Of a DNA stretch of 64,000 bases, positions 36,523 to 46,133 are shown piece by piece. Origin of the DNA: Rhynchopus sp. YZ270_cl-10 (lineage: Eukaryota); assembly GCA_964035575.1 (NCBI GenBank), contig OZ037836.1:1798001-1862000 (forward strand), in the 5' to 3' direction. Numbering within the stretch: the stretch's first letter is position 1; the number at the start of each line of letters is the position of its first letter. The translations under genes and the position numbers were made by a program. A model generated the notes under the pieces. The model was not told where the DNA came from. It searched no databases and worked only from the letters and a program-made list of their open reading frames with translations.

Positions 36523-38213
36523 GAAAGTTGCTTGGGGTGCAGCGTTTCCCACAGCAAACACAGTCCACCATACGGTGAGTGTCATTCAGCGAGATCCTGA
36601 CTCCGTCTGTACAAGCATACGATACATCAAATGAGGAACCAGACTCTTACTCAGCGGGCTTCGAGGCGTGGTACGACAACGATTTCTCGGTGGAAGTGGA
36701 AGGGGAACACGTACGGCCGGATTCCAGGAGGGAACCCAGGGGACAGATGGCACGGATTTCGACGAACCGAATGGACCTGGACGCGATCCGGAGGATGGAT
36801 GCCGAGGGGGAGACAGATCAGGTACTGGATGTGATCACCAACTTTGAAAGATTCATGTCGCTGTTCACGGAAAAGCCCCCGAACAAGCTATCACGTGGTA
36901 CGTCCCGACACATGGCGCAGTACGCGAGTGCACTACGCGAATGGGGAGTTGTCGAGGCTGCTGAAGGAGGTGACGGGGTGGTGCTGCCCGCTTTCACAGT
37001 GGCGAAGAAGTCGGGGGAACTGAGATTGGTGGTGGACGCCCGACGTCTAAACCGGATAATGGTTAGGCCTCCTGAGATGCGGCTGCCGCTTATCCGAGAT
37101 GTAGTGCGCGACATCGTGGACTCGGAGGCCGTGTGCGTTGCAGACGGAGTCTCGTACTTTTACCAGATCCCTCTGGCTCACGAGCTCCGTAAGTACTTCT
37201 CGCTGAGACTGGCGGGCGCACGGGGAAGTACGGAGGATGTGCAGCTGGCAGTGCTGTGCATGGGGTGGTCATGGAGTCCCGCAATAGCACAGCGTATCTC
37301 GAGGGTTTTGGTGGGACGACAGAACATTGCGTGGGTGGACAACTTTCTACTTCTGGGAAAAAGCAGCGCACTCGCAGCAGAGGAGTACAGGAAGTTCAAA
37401 GGGAGGTGCGACACGGCTCAAGTGGAGCTACACGAAGAAGAAGGGGGAAGACCGCAACAGCGTTTCGAAGCACTCGGGCTGGAATTCGATCTTACTGTGA
37501 AAGGCTTCAGATCTACAGAAAAATGGGTGGCAAAGCTCGCTGAGTCGGCGGAGGTGAAGGCAGCTATCGAAGGAGGAACTTCGCCGCGGGTTTTCTTCAA
37601 GGTGGTAGGATCCATTGTGTGGTGGATGTACACCCGTGATAGACGTTTGTGCTTCTTCCCGAGTATGATTGGAGCGGTGCGGAGCGTAGCTAAACACGCC
37701 ACTACTGAACAGAGTTGGGATCACAGTGTAATGATACAGCAAGGCGCAGTGCGGGAAATAAAAGGGTGCATAGAGGAAATCTGCGAGAACGTGTGGGTTC
37801 CTCAGAAGGGACTTGGGACGGCGACACTGGTGGTGTGGACGGATGCATCTAGCACCGCCTGGGCGGCGGTCACCGACTGGCGACAGGGGGCACAGGGAGC
37901 CTTCCAGAGCACAGAGAAAGAACATCACATATTTTTGAAAGAAATGTGGGCGGCATTCATGGGAATTAGGCTGGCGAGCAGTCTAGGGTTTACCGGAGGC
38001 TCCCTCACCCTGCGCATCGACAACTTACCGGTGGTGCGATGTCTTGAGAAGGGCCACTCGGGGAACTACCTCGCAAACCTGATGATGCAGGAAATGTTCC
38101 TACTCGCGGACCGTAAGGGGATGGCGGTGCGGCCACTGTGGGTATGCACGGCGGAACAAGTGGCTGACGAGTTCACGCGAGGATCACAGATTGAGCAGAT
38201 AGTGGGGATTTAA
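36519..38213 (+). CDS. DIRS-class reverse transcriptase + RNase H (in-frame TGA at 36576-36578 if started at ATG 36519)
   Basis: RT motifs FTVAKKSGELRLVVDARRLN, DGVSYFYQI, LCMGWSWSP and WVDNF. RNase H motifs WTDAS, HIFLKE, IDN and ADEFTR. Confidence 0.88.
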
Positions 38214-38343
38214 TTGAGGGTTTACGTTCTTCCCACATCGCACTTCACCACAACCTCTCCCATGGGGTGTATTGTGTCATGGGTGTTTAGTTTCTATTTT
38301 TGCGCCATCCAAAAACCCTCACAAAACAGAGAGACACAAAACC

Positions 38344-39420
38344 ATGGAAATATGTGTGGAGAGCTTTGACGGAGAGAAGTACACAGTCGATGTGGGTGTG
38401 GATGATACAACTGCGGACATACGGCGGAAGGTGGCGTCTGCAGCAGAGTTGTGCGAAGACGGCTTTGACATGAGCTTCGGAGAGAAGCTGCTGGCCGAAG
38501 GAGACGACACGACACAGCTGAGTGCTGGGGACACAGTTGTGCTGACGAAGACGAAGTCGCAGAAGGACTACGCCATTGCAGCTCTTCGTGACTTGGGTGA
38601 GACAGCGCTGACGTCAGAGAGGTTCAAAGGCCTTTCCGATACCAAGCTGATTCATTTGTTTCTGCAGGCGGAGGTCGTTACTGGGATCCCCTCTAGATTC
38701 TTGTCGGGTGGGAGGTTCTCCGAACTTAATCTCAGTGGTGTGCCAGGTGTGACTGCAATATGTGACAACTTCGTGGCAGATTCCCCCTGGTTGCGCACAG
38801 CTGATTTGTCTGGGTGGAGCAATGTGATGGTCCTCGGGGCCTGCTTCCTCTCCAACTGCAGCGCGTTGAGGACCCTTGACTTGTCTGGGTGGGGCAATGT
38901 AACGGAGGCTGGTCCCTACTTCCTCTCCAACTGCAGCTCATTGACGACACTTGATTTATCTGGGTGGGGCAGCACTGCGACGGTTGGAAATTGCTTCCTC
39001 CGCAACTGCAGATCGCTGAGGGGCCTTAACTTGTCTGGGTGGAACAATGTGACGCACATCCGGCCCTATTTCGTCTCCCACTGCAGCGCATTGCAAACCC
39101 TTGACTTATCTGGGTGGAACAATGTAACGACTGTCGGATCTTGCTTCCTCTCCAACTGCAGCGCGTTGACGACACTTGACTTATCTGGGTGGAACAATGT
39201 GACGCAGATTGGGAGGTACTTCCTCTTCAACTGCAGCTCATTGAGCACACTTGACATGTCTGGGTGGACGAGTGTTACGCAGATTCATCCACACTTCCTG
39301 GAAGGATGCAACATACGGACAAGCAGCATCAACGTCACCGGATCGAGCAGTGTTGTGACGAAATATGTGCACAGCCGTAAGGTAAAGCACAAAACCAAAC
39401 ACAAATGTGTGTGCATGTGA
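38344..39420 (+). CDS. UBL-LRR protein class B (CaaX)
   Basis: Start assigned by paralogy. Ends KHKCVCM*. Confidence 0.88.
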   Translation: MEICVESFDGEKYTVDVGVDDTTADIRRKVASAAELCEDGFDMSFGEKLLAEGDDTTQLSAGDTVVLTKTKSQKDYAIAALRDLGETALTSERFKGLSDTKLIHLFLQAEVVTGIPSRFLSGGRFSELNLSGVPGVTAICDNFVADSPWLRTADLSGWSNVMVLGACFLSNCSALRTLDLSGWGNVTEAGPYFLSNCSSLTTLDLSGWGSTATVGNCFLRNCRSLRGLNLSGWNNVTHIRPYFVSHCSALQTLDLSGWNNVTTVGSCFLSNCSALTTLDLSGWNNVTQIGRYFLFNCSSLSTLDMSGWTSVTQIHPHFLEGCNIRTSSINVTGSSSVVTKYVHSRKVKHKTKHKCVCM

Positions 39421-40410
39421 GGCACTGTTTGCTCATGCAAGACAACACCAAACCTCTTCTTCTTTTCAACGCACACTCTGCAGTGGGAAATGATACAAAC
39501 TACTGTGCACTGATTTTCCGAATGAGTAAGCAGACTCCCTGAGTTACACTGTGTGTCACCTACACAACACAGTCAGTATTTGTGTACTTTTTTTGCACTA
39601 TTTTCGAACAAGATATAACAAAAAGCTTGCGTTTCTTTTATCGAACCGATTTTCCGCCCCCGCACTCAAAACGTAAACACTATCATTCAGAAAAATACAT
39701 TTTTTCCTCTCCTGTTTTCTTAAGTTAAGTAAGAGAAAACCGAATGGAGTGGAAACGTAGTGAGAGCGCAGCGGAAACGATAGTGGGAGATGCAACGAGA
39801 TTTTTTTCGTAATGTTTTATTCTCCCCCCACAAAATATTTCACCACAACCTCTCCCTTTTGTCTTTATTGTTTTTATTGCTTTATTGTTTGCGGGGGTGG
39901 GGGGAAAACATACAAGGGAAAAGTAGGAGTTTCAATTTTTAAAGGAAGGTGTTTTTTTGACTCATATCGAGGAGGATAGAGAAACTAAAAAGTCATGAAA
40001 ATACAAAACTGATGATGCCTCAGCAGGGCAAGTGAACTAAATAATGGTGCCAAGTTCAAAAGGAACACATAGTGGAGCGCATCCTCGGGTGTCCACACTA
40101 AGTCAACGAAGCTTTCAAAAACAAAAACAAAAGACCTCTCCCCTTGTCACTGTTTGTTGTCTCTTGCACACCACACACACACTCCACCACTTCCCTTTGG
40201 GCACATGCCTACCCACAGAGAGAGAGACATCCCTCGCGTCCCATCACAGCCTTGCAGCATACAGTTCTGCACACAGAGGTGTCCCCTTTGTCTTACACCT
40301 CTATCGTCTCAGTGGCAACATGTCTGCCTTCTTCTTGTCTCCTTCCCGTTCTGCGAGTTGTGTTTCTTCTTGCCCCACCCAAAACACCTGAAACAGAGAG
40401 ACACAAAACC

Positions 40411-41412
40411 ATGGAAATATGTGTGAAGAGCTTTGACGGAGAGAAGTACACAGTCGATGTGGGTGTGGATGATACAACTGCGGACATACGGCGGAAGGTG
40501 GCGTCTGCAGCAGAGTTGTGCGAAGACGGCTTTGACATGAGCTTCGGTGGGAAGCTGCTGGCCGAAGGAGACGACACGACGCAGCTGAGTGCTGGGGACA
40601 CAGTTGTGCTGACGAAGACGAAGTCGCAGAAGGACGACGCCATTGCAGCTCTTCGTGACTTGGGTGAGACAAGGCTGACGTCGGAGAGGTTCAAAGGTCT
40701 GACAGATCCCAAGCTGGTTCATTTGTTTCTGCAGGCGGAGGTTGTTACTAAGATCCCCGATGAATTCTTGCAAGTTGGCACATTCTCAGAACTTGATCTC
40801 AGTGGTGTGCCAGGTGTGACTGCAGTAGGCCACTCCTTTCTCTACCGCTGCACCTCATTGCACACTGCTGACTTATCTGGGTGGAGCAATGTGTCACCCC
40901 TAGAGGGTTTCTTTCTCTACAGCTGCAGCGCATTGACCACCCTTGACTTGTCTGGGTGGAACAATGTGACGCGGGTTGATGACTACTTTCTCTTCAAGTG
41001 CACCTCATTGACCACACTGGATATTTCTGGGTGGAACAATGTGACGCAACTTAGGAACTCTTTTCTCCGCGAGTGCAGCGCATTGCAAACACTTGACTTA
41101 TCTGGGTGGAACAATGTAACGACTGTCGGATCCTGCTTCCTCTCCAACTGCACCTCATTGACCACACTGGACTTATCTGGGTGGGGCAATGCGACGTGCA
41201 TTGGGAGCTACTTCCTCTCCAACTGCACCTCATTGAGCACACTTGACATGTCTGGGTGGAATAATGTGACGCAGATTCATCCACACTTCCTGGAAGGATG
41301 CAACATACGGACAAGCAGCATCAATGTCACCGGATCGAGCAGTGTTGTGACGAAATATGTGCACAGCCGTAAGGTAAAGCACAAAATCAAACACAAATGT
41401 GTGTGCATGTGA
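40411..41412 (+). CDS. UBL-LRR protein class B (CaaX)
   Basis: Start assigned by paralogy. Ends KHKCVCM*. Confidence 0.88.
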   Translation: MEICVKSFDGEKYTVDVGVDDTTADIRRKVASAAELCEDGFDMSFGGKLLAEGDDTTQLSAGDTVVLTKTKSQKDDAIAALRDLGETRLTSERFKGLTDPKLVHLFLQAEVVTKIPDEFLQVGTFSELDLSGVPGVTAVGHSFLYRCTSLHTADLSGWSNVSPLEGFFLYSCSALTTLDLSGWNNVTRVDDYFLFKCTSLTTLDISGWNNVTQLRNSFLRECSALQTLDLSGWNNVTTVGSCFLSNCTSLTTLDLSGWGNATCIGSYFLSNCTSLSTLDMSGWNNVTQIHPHFLEGCNIRTSSINVTGSSSVVTKYVHSRKVKHKIKHKCVCM

Positions 41413-43260
41413 GGCATGTGCATCTTTCGAGAGGCTGGGCGCTCATTGCGATGTTCAGAGAACGAATTTTACATTGCACGTTGCACTTTGCCCCTACCAA
41501 AACTAACGTCGCTTTTTGACCATTATTTTTTATGCTTTCCCAACCCTCAACGTTAAAAAGACGAGAGGAAAAAGAGATATTGGTGATATTATACTCAGTT
41601 CTTTGCATCCTCGCATGCGTACAGTGATACAATCAAGCATGTTGTCGCAGCCAATATTTTTGTGCACTTTTTGCACTATTTTAACCAACGTATTTTTGTG
41701 CTTTTTTTTGCACGGCCATTCTGTGCTAAGACATGATCCTGCTCGGTGCCCCCCGCACAACTTGCTGTTTGTGTCCATTCATCGCTCAAGGTTTCGTTCT
41801 TTGGTTCCAAAGTGGAAGCAAAACAGCATCATTTCCCCCTTCATTTTGTGTAGTCATATTTTTGTGTTGTGAGAGAAATGTGCAAGGTTGGATCCCTGTA
41901 GTCATGATAAAAGCGATGCCGCCATTGAGCGACTCATAGGCGCATGAGTGATAGACGTTGTCGCTGTGGTATCCCGCCTCGCAGAGGAAGGTGTTTTTGA
42001 CACAGCAACTTCGTGAGTCAGTATCGGTCTGCGAATCAAATTGAAAACGGCGTGTTTTGCGCGTCATATCGCAGAGGATAGAGAAACTGAAAAGTCATGA
42101 AAATGAAATACCCCCCCTTAGCGTGTGCTCCACTAATTTGTTGATCGCATCCATTCAAAAACAAAACAAAAGACCTCTCCCCAAACTGTTTGTCTCTTGC
42201 ACACCACACACACACCTAAACACGAAGTTGCTTCCTTTCTCTGCAGACAAACACACATGTCTTGTGGGAAACCTTTTGAGTGTACCTCCTCCAACAACGT
42301 GTCTTTGCAACATAAGGCTGTCTACCTCCACCATCTTTTCTCACCCCTGTCACCCTGTCACCCTTTTTTCTCCTTGTCGCATACGCGAATCTTCCTGGAA
42401 CCGCAGGGAAAAGAGTGGGGAGTGTTGGTGGCTCCGTGGATGAACCTATGTCATTTGAAAGCATATTCGGGGATGGTACATGGGGACAGGAAGGGTAACA
42501 AACAAGGTGGTCGCCCTTCTTTATTAGCACGCCATATGTTACGTCTTTGACACCTTTTGAAACATGGTTCTAAGTTTCACCAAGTCCCTCTAAACACCCC
42601 GAAACAGCCTGGGTACCCCTCGGGATAGGTTCTGGGGTGGCAACCCCTGCCCCACCCAAAACACCTGAAACAGAGACACAAAACCATGGAAATATGTGTG
42701 AAAAGCTTTGACGGAGAGAAGTACACAGTCGAGGTGGGTGTGGATGATACAACTGCGGACATACGGCGGAAGGTGGCGTCTGCAGCAGAGTTGTGCGAAG
42801 ACGGCTTTGACATGAGCTTCGGAGAGAAGGTGATGGCCGAAGGAGACGACATCACGCAGCTGAGTGCTGGGGACACAGTTGTGCTGACGAAGACGAAGTC
42901 GCAGAAGGACGACGCCATTGCAGCTCTTCGTGCCTTGGGTGAGACAAGGCTGACGTCAGAGAGGTTCAGAGGTCTGACAGATCCCAAGCTGATTCATTTG
43001 TTTCTGCAGGCGGAGGTTGTTACTGAGATCCCCGATGAATTCTTGCACATTGGCACGTTCGAAGAACTTGATCTCAGTGGTGTGCCAGGTGTGACTGCAA
43101 TAGAACGAAGTTTCCTCCAATGCTGCACCTTATTGCACACTCTTGACTTATCTGGGTGGAGCAATGTGACGCGGGTTGATAATTTCTTTCTCTGCTACTG
43201 CACCTCATTGACCACACTGGGGGATACACACAACGTACACAAAAAGAAAGAATATAAACA

Positions 43261-46125
43261 ATGTTTTCGTACATGGTGTCGAAGTCACGTCCAGCCTCCA
43301 CGCGGAGTATCCCGGGCAACGATCCGTCACACGGATCGGCCAAGTGGACGCCACACCCGCCGGCGCCTGTGTGCTGCAGGTCGTGGAACTGCTATTGCAG
43401 TGACGAGGTGACGGCGGCGGCGGAGCAGGCGCACTGGACTGAGGGGCTACGGCAGCCCGCCTACCCGGGGGCAGGCGGCATGAAGCGCAGTGCAGGGGAG
43501 GAGAGGAAGGATCCCGATGTCTTCATCGGAGTAGTGACGGGCGAGAAGGTGCGGGACACGACGGGGCTGTGTGCGCTGGCGCGTGATGCGACGGAGGAGG
43601 AACCAGGAACGCACTGGGAAGTAACCCGCCGCCTGGCAAACATCACCAAGGCAGAAGCCGCGTACGAGGGCATCCTGCTCGGGCTTCAAGGGGTGGCCGA
43701 CGGGTCGTACCCGAAGGGCACCCACGCGCGCGTGTGGGTCACGCACTTGGTGGTCTGGAGGCAGGTGGCTGAGGGGCACGCCTGCGACTCGTCGTTGCTG
43801 AAGCCGAGGCTGGAGAAGGTGAAGGCGCTGCTGGGCGAGTTGAAGAAGAGGGGGATAAGGGTATCGCTGCAGCACTGCGCGAAGGCGGGGAAGGGGATGA
43901 AGGAGGCAGAGAGCAACGCCCAGCTGGTTGCAGGAGGGGTGTACGCCGCAAGGGGATGCAGGACGGAGACGCTGGCAGCTGCCGTGCAGCCAGGTGTCAA
44001 GGGACACCTGGAAAGATGGGGGTTGCGATGGGAGGAATGTGGGGGCAAGGGGGACTGTCTGTTCCGGTCGGTGGCGTGGTCTGTGGAGCGGTCCCCGAAT
44101 GGTCACGCAGGCTTCCGCAGGCTCGCAGTTGAGGTGATGAAGGAGCAGAAGGCACACTACAGCCCATTTGTGGACGAGGGGTGCATTGATGCATACCTGG
44201 CAGGCATGGCGCAGCTGGGGACATGGGGGGACCATTTGTGTCTCCATGCGATCGCCAAGGTGATGAAGGTCCGCATTGTTGTGCTTGACGTTGGACCGGA
44301 GAACGCGCTACGGGCTACGCTGATCGACGGGCAGTCCGACGGGCAGCTGGCAGAAGGAACTCCGGAGAAGGCTAACCTCACCTTCACGGAGTCTGACGTA
44401 GTCCTGGGGTTCGAGGGGGTACACTACGGTGCTGTGGAATCGGCAGGGTTGAAGGTGGGGGAGGAACTTCTGTGCGCAGTGGGACAACCGCAACTGCACG
44501 TACCGGCTACAGCTGTGAAGGGGAAGAAGAAGGCGACGGCGGTGACCCAGAGCGCAGCGGAGGATGCACTGAACCTGGCGCCCCAGGGATGGAAAATACC
44601 GGTGTGGGATGCAGTGCCCAGCAATGTGGAAGGGGTGACGCAGGTGGCGGCAGTTGCGTGGAAGGCGAGCGAACTTCTGCAGGGGTTACAGTTGCTGCAC
44701 CAACTTCCGCAGATGGTGATTGTGTCCCGTTCGAAGTGTACGGGTGCAGCGCGCACGAAGAAGGCGAAGGTGGCGGTGAAGACGGAGCGGGGAGCAAAGG
44801 TGGAAGAAGTGTGGCTGTCGTCCATGACAACTAACTTGGACGACGTGGTGAAGCCGGTGGAGAGCACGTTCTCGAGCAAGCTGATTACGCTGATGGGCAG
44901 AACGATGTTGCTCCAGGGGGAGGGGCGCACAAAGGGAGAGCAACGCATGCGTCGGTGGTACGGGTTGCAGGGGGTGCGGTGTGGACGCGGCTTGGAGAGA
45001 GGAGGATGGATGGAGATGTCTGTGGACGTGACGGAGGACATGGTGTGCGCCATGCTGAGGAGAAGCGGACGGGAAGGGGTGTTTGTGCGGCACCTCTTCC
45101 AGGCAAAGGAGTACGGGGACTGTGGGTTGTTGTGGAAGGCGGAACCGCTGGAGTCTGCTCTGGCACGGCTGGACCTTGTTGAGGAGAACATGGAGGATAG
45201 CGTGCGCGGACTCGCCGTAGGGGAAGGGGGCTACGCGGTGCGGGTGATGAAGGGGGACTTGGAGGCTGCGAAGAGGCTTCTTGTGCAGGAGGACGTCGTC
45301 GTGCAGGGACACAGGTACGAGATTGGGGGAATTCCGGCGAACACGTCGGTCCAGCTGTTGTGTGAGGGGCTGGTGAGGGAGGCGAGCTGGACGGTGAAGG
45401 TGCTGTCGCGAGGGCACAAGTGGACGGTTACGTCGGATGTGCCGTGCCCGAGCACAGAAGGGGTGCTGGAGGTGGGTGGATTGGTGTTGACGGTGTGTGC
45501 GGTGAAGGAAGGGCGTCGTGTGCAGAAGGTGGGTGCGAATCCGTGGGGTTTCCCTCTGGCGCAGTTCCCAGTACCGAGGCAAGGAGCAGCAGAGAGCGGC
45601 GCTGGCACGTGGGCGGCTAAGGCGAGGGGATACGCACCACCTGCAGCTCGACCCCACCCTGCAACAGGGGCACCGGCGGCTCCGGCACCTCCCGCAGCTT
45701 CATCAGCAGCGCAGGACGAGATAGAGATGATGAAGAAGGAGATGAAGGAATTGCGGGAGATGATGAAGGGCGTCATGGAGCAGCAGAAGGAGATGTTGGA
45801 GGCACAGAAGCGGATGATGGGACAGCCGCAGCAGTCGGCACCAGTCGCGCAACCGCCGCAGCCTCTCGACATGGAACAGCTCAGAGCAGAATGTGCTGAG
45901 ATGAAGGAGACGGTGCAGCAGTGCAAGGACCAGAACGTGCAGCTGGCAGCGGAGAGCAAGCGGCTCACGGAGGAGAACGAGGCGCTGAAGAAGGCAGCTC
46001 GCGAGGCCAAGGACAAGGCCAGGGATGCTCAAGATCGTGGCGGTGAGGAGAAGAAGAAAGATACGACGACGGACGAGAACAGCCGCCCCCGCGACACGGA
46101 CAATAACCGAGAAAGGTCGTATTAA
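43261..46125 (+). CDS. LINE ORF1: degenerate RNase H-like domain + OTU cysteine protease + coiled-coil C-terminus
   Basis: ITKAEAAYEGILLGL...WVTHLVVWRQV resembles the RNase HI motifs TNNxAEYxAL..GL and DSxLVVxQV. OTU motifs GKGDCLFRSV, WGDHLCLHAIA and VHY. Confidence 0.8.
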   Translation: MFSYMVSKSRPASTRSIPGNDPSHGSAKWTPHPPAPVCCRSWNCYCSDEVTAAAEQAHWTEGLRQPAYPGAGGMKRSAGEERKDPDVFIGVVTGEKVRDTTGLCALARDATEEEPGTHWEVTRRLANITKAEAAYEGILLGLQGVADGSYPKGTHARVWVTHLVVWRQVAEGHACDSSLLKPRLEKVKALLGELKKRGIRVSLQHCAKAGKGMKEAESNAQLVAGGVYAARGCRTETLAAAVQPGVKGHLERWGLRWEECGGKGDCLFRSVAWSVERSPNGHAGFRRLAVEVMKEQKAHYSPFVDEGCIDAYLAGMAQLGTWGDHLCLHAIAKVMKVRIVVLDVGPENALRATLIDGQSDGQLAEGTPEKANLTFTESDVVLGFEGVHYGAVESAGLKVGEELLCAVGQPQLHVPATAVKGKKKATAVTQSAAEDALNLAPQGWKIPVWDAVPSNVEGVTQVAAVAWKASELLQGLQLLHQLPQMVIVSRSKCTGAARTKKAKVAVKTERGAKVEEVWLSSMTTNLDDVVKPVESTFSSKLITLMGRTMLLQGEGRTKGEQRMRRWYGLQGVRCGRGLERGGWMEMSVDVTEDMVCAMLRRSGREGVFVRHLFQAKEYGDCGLLWKAEPLESALARLDLVEENMEDSVRGLAVGEGGYAVRVMKGDLEAAKRLLVQEDVVVQGHRYEIGGIPANTSVQLLCEGLVREASWTVKVLSRGHKWTVTSDVPCPSTEGVLEVGGLVLTVCAVKEGRRVQKVGANPWGFPLAQFPVPRQGAAESGAGTWAAKARGYAPPAARPHPATGAPAAPAPPAASSAAQDEIEMMKKEMKELREMMKGVMEQQKEMLEAQKRMMGQPQQSAPVAQPPQPLDMEQLRAECAEMKETVQQCKDQNVQLAAESKRLTEENEALKKAAREAKDKARDAQDRGGEEKKKDTTTDENSRPRDTDNNRERSY

Positions 46126-46133
46126 TCACGACC

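Larger units (their letters stand above)
34262..38253 (+). mobile_element. Tyrosine-recombinase retroelement, VIPER/TATE-like gene order (gag-like, YR, RT-RNase H), probably defective copy
   Basis: Three ORFs in that order. TTCACCACAA occurs as a direct repeat at 34262-34271 and 38244-38253. No LTRs or ITRs seen. Confidence 0.85.

Noticed and set aside
34485..36578. TGA reassigned to Trp as an explanation for in-frame stops in the YR element
   Set aside because: Host genes here, including nearly all UBL-LRR genes and the Kir gene, terminate with TGA, so there is no global recoding.
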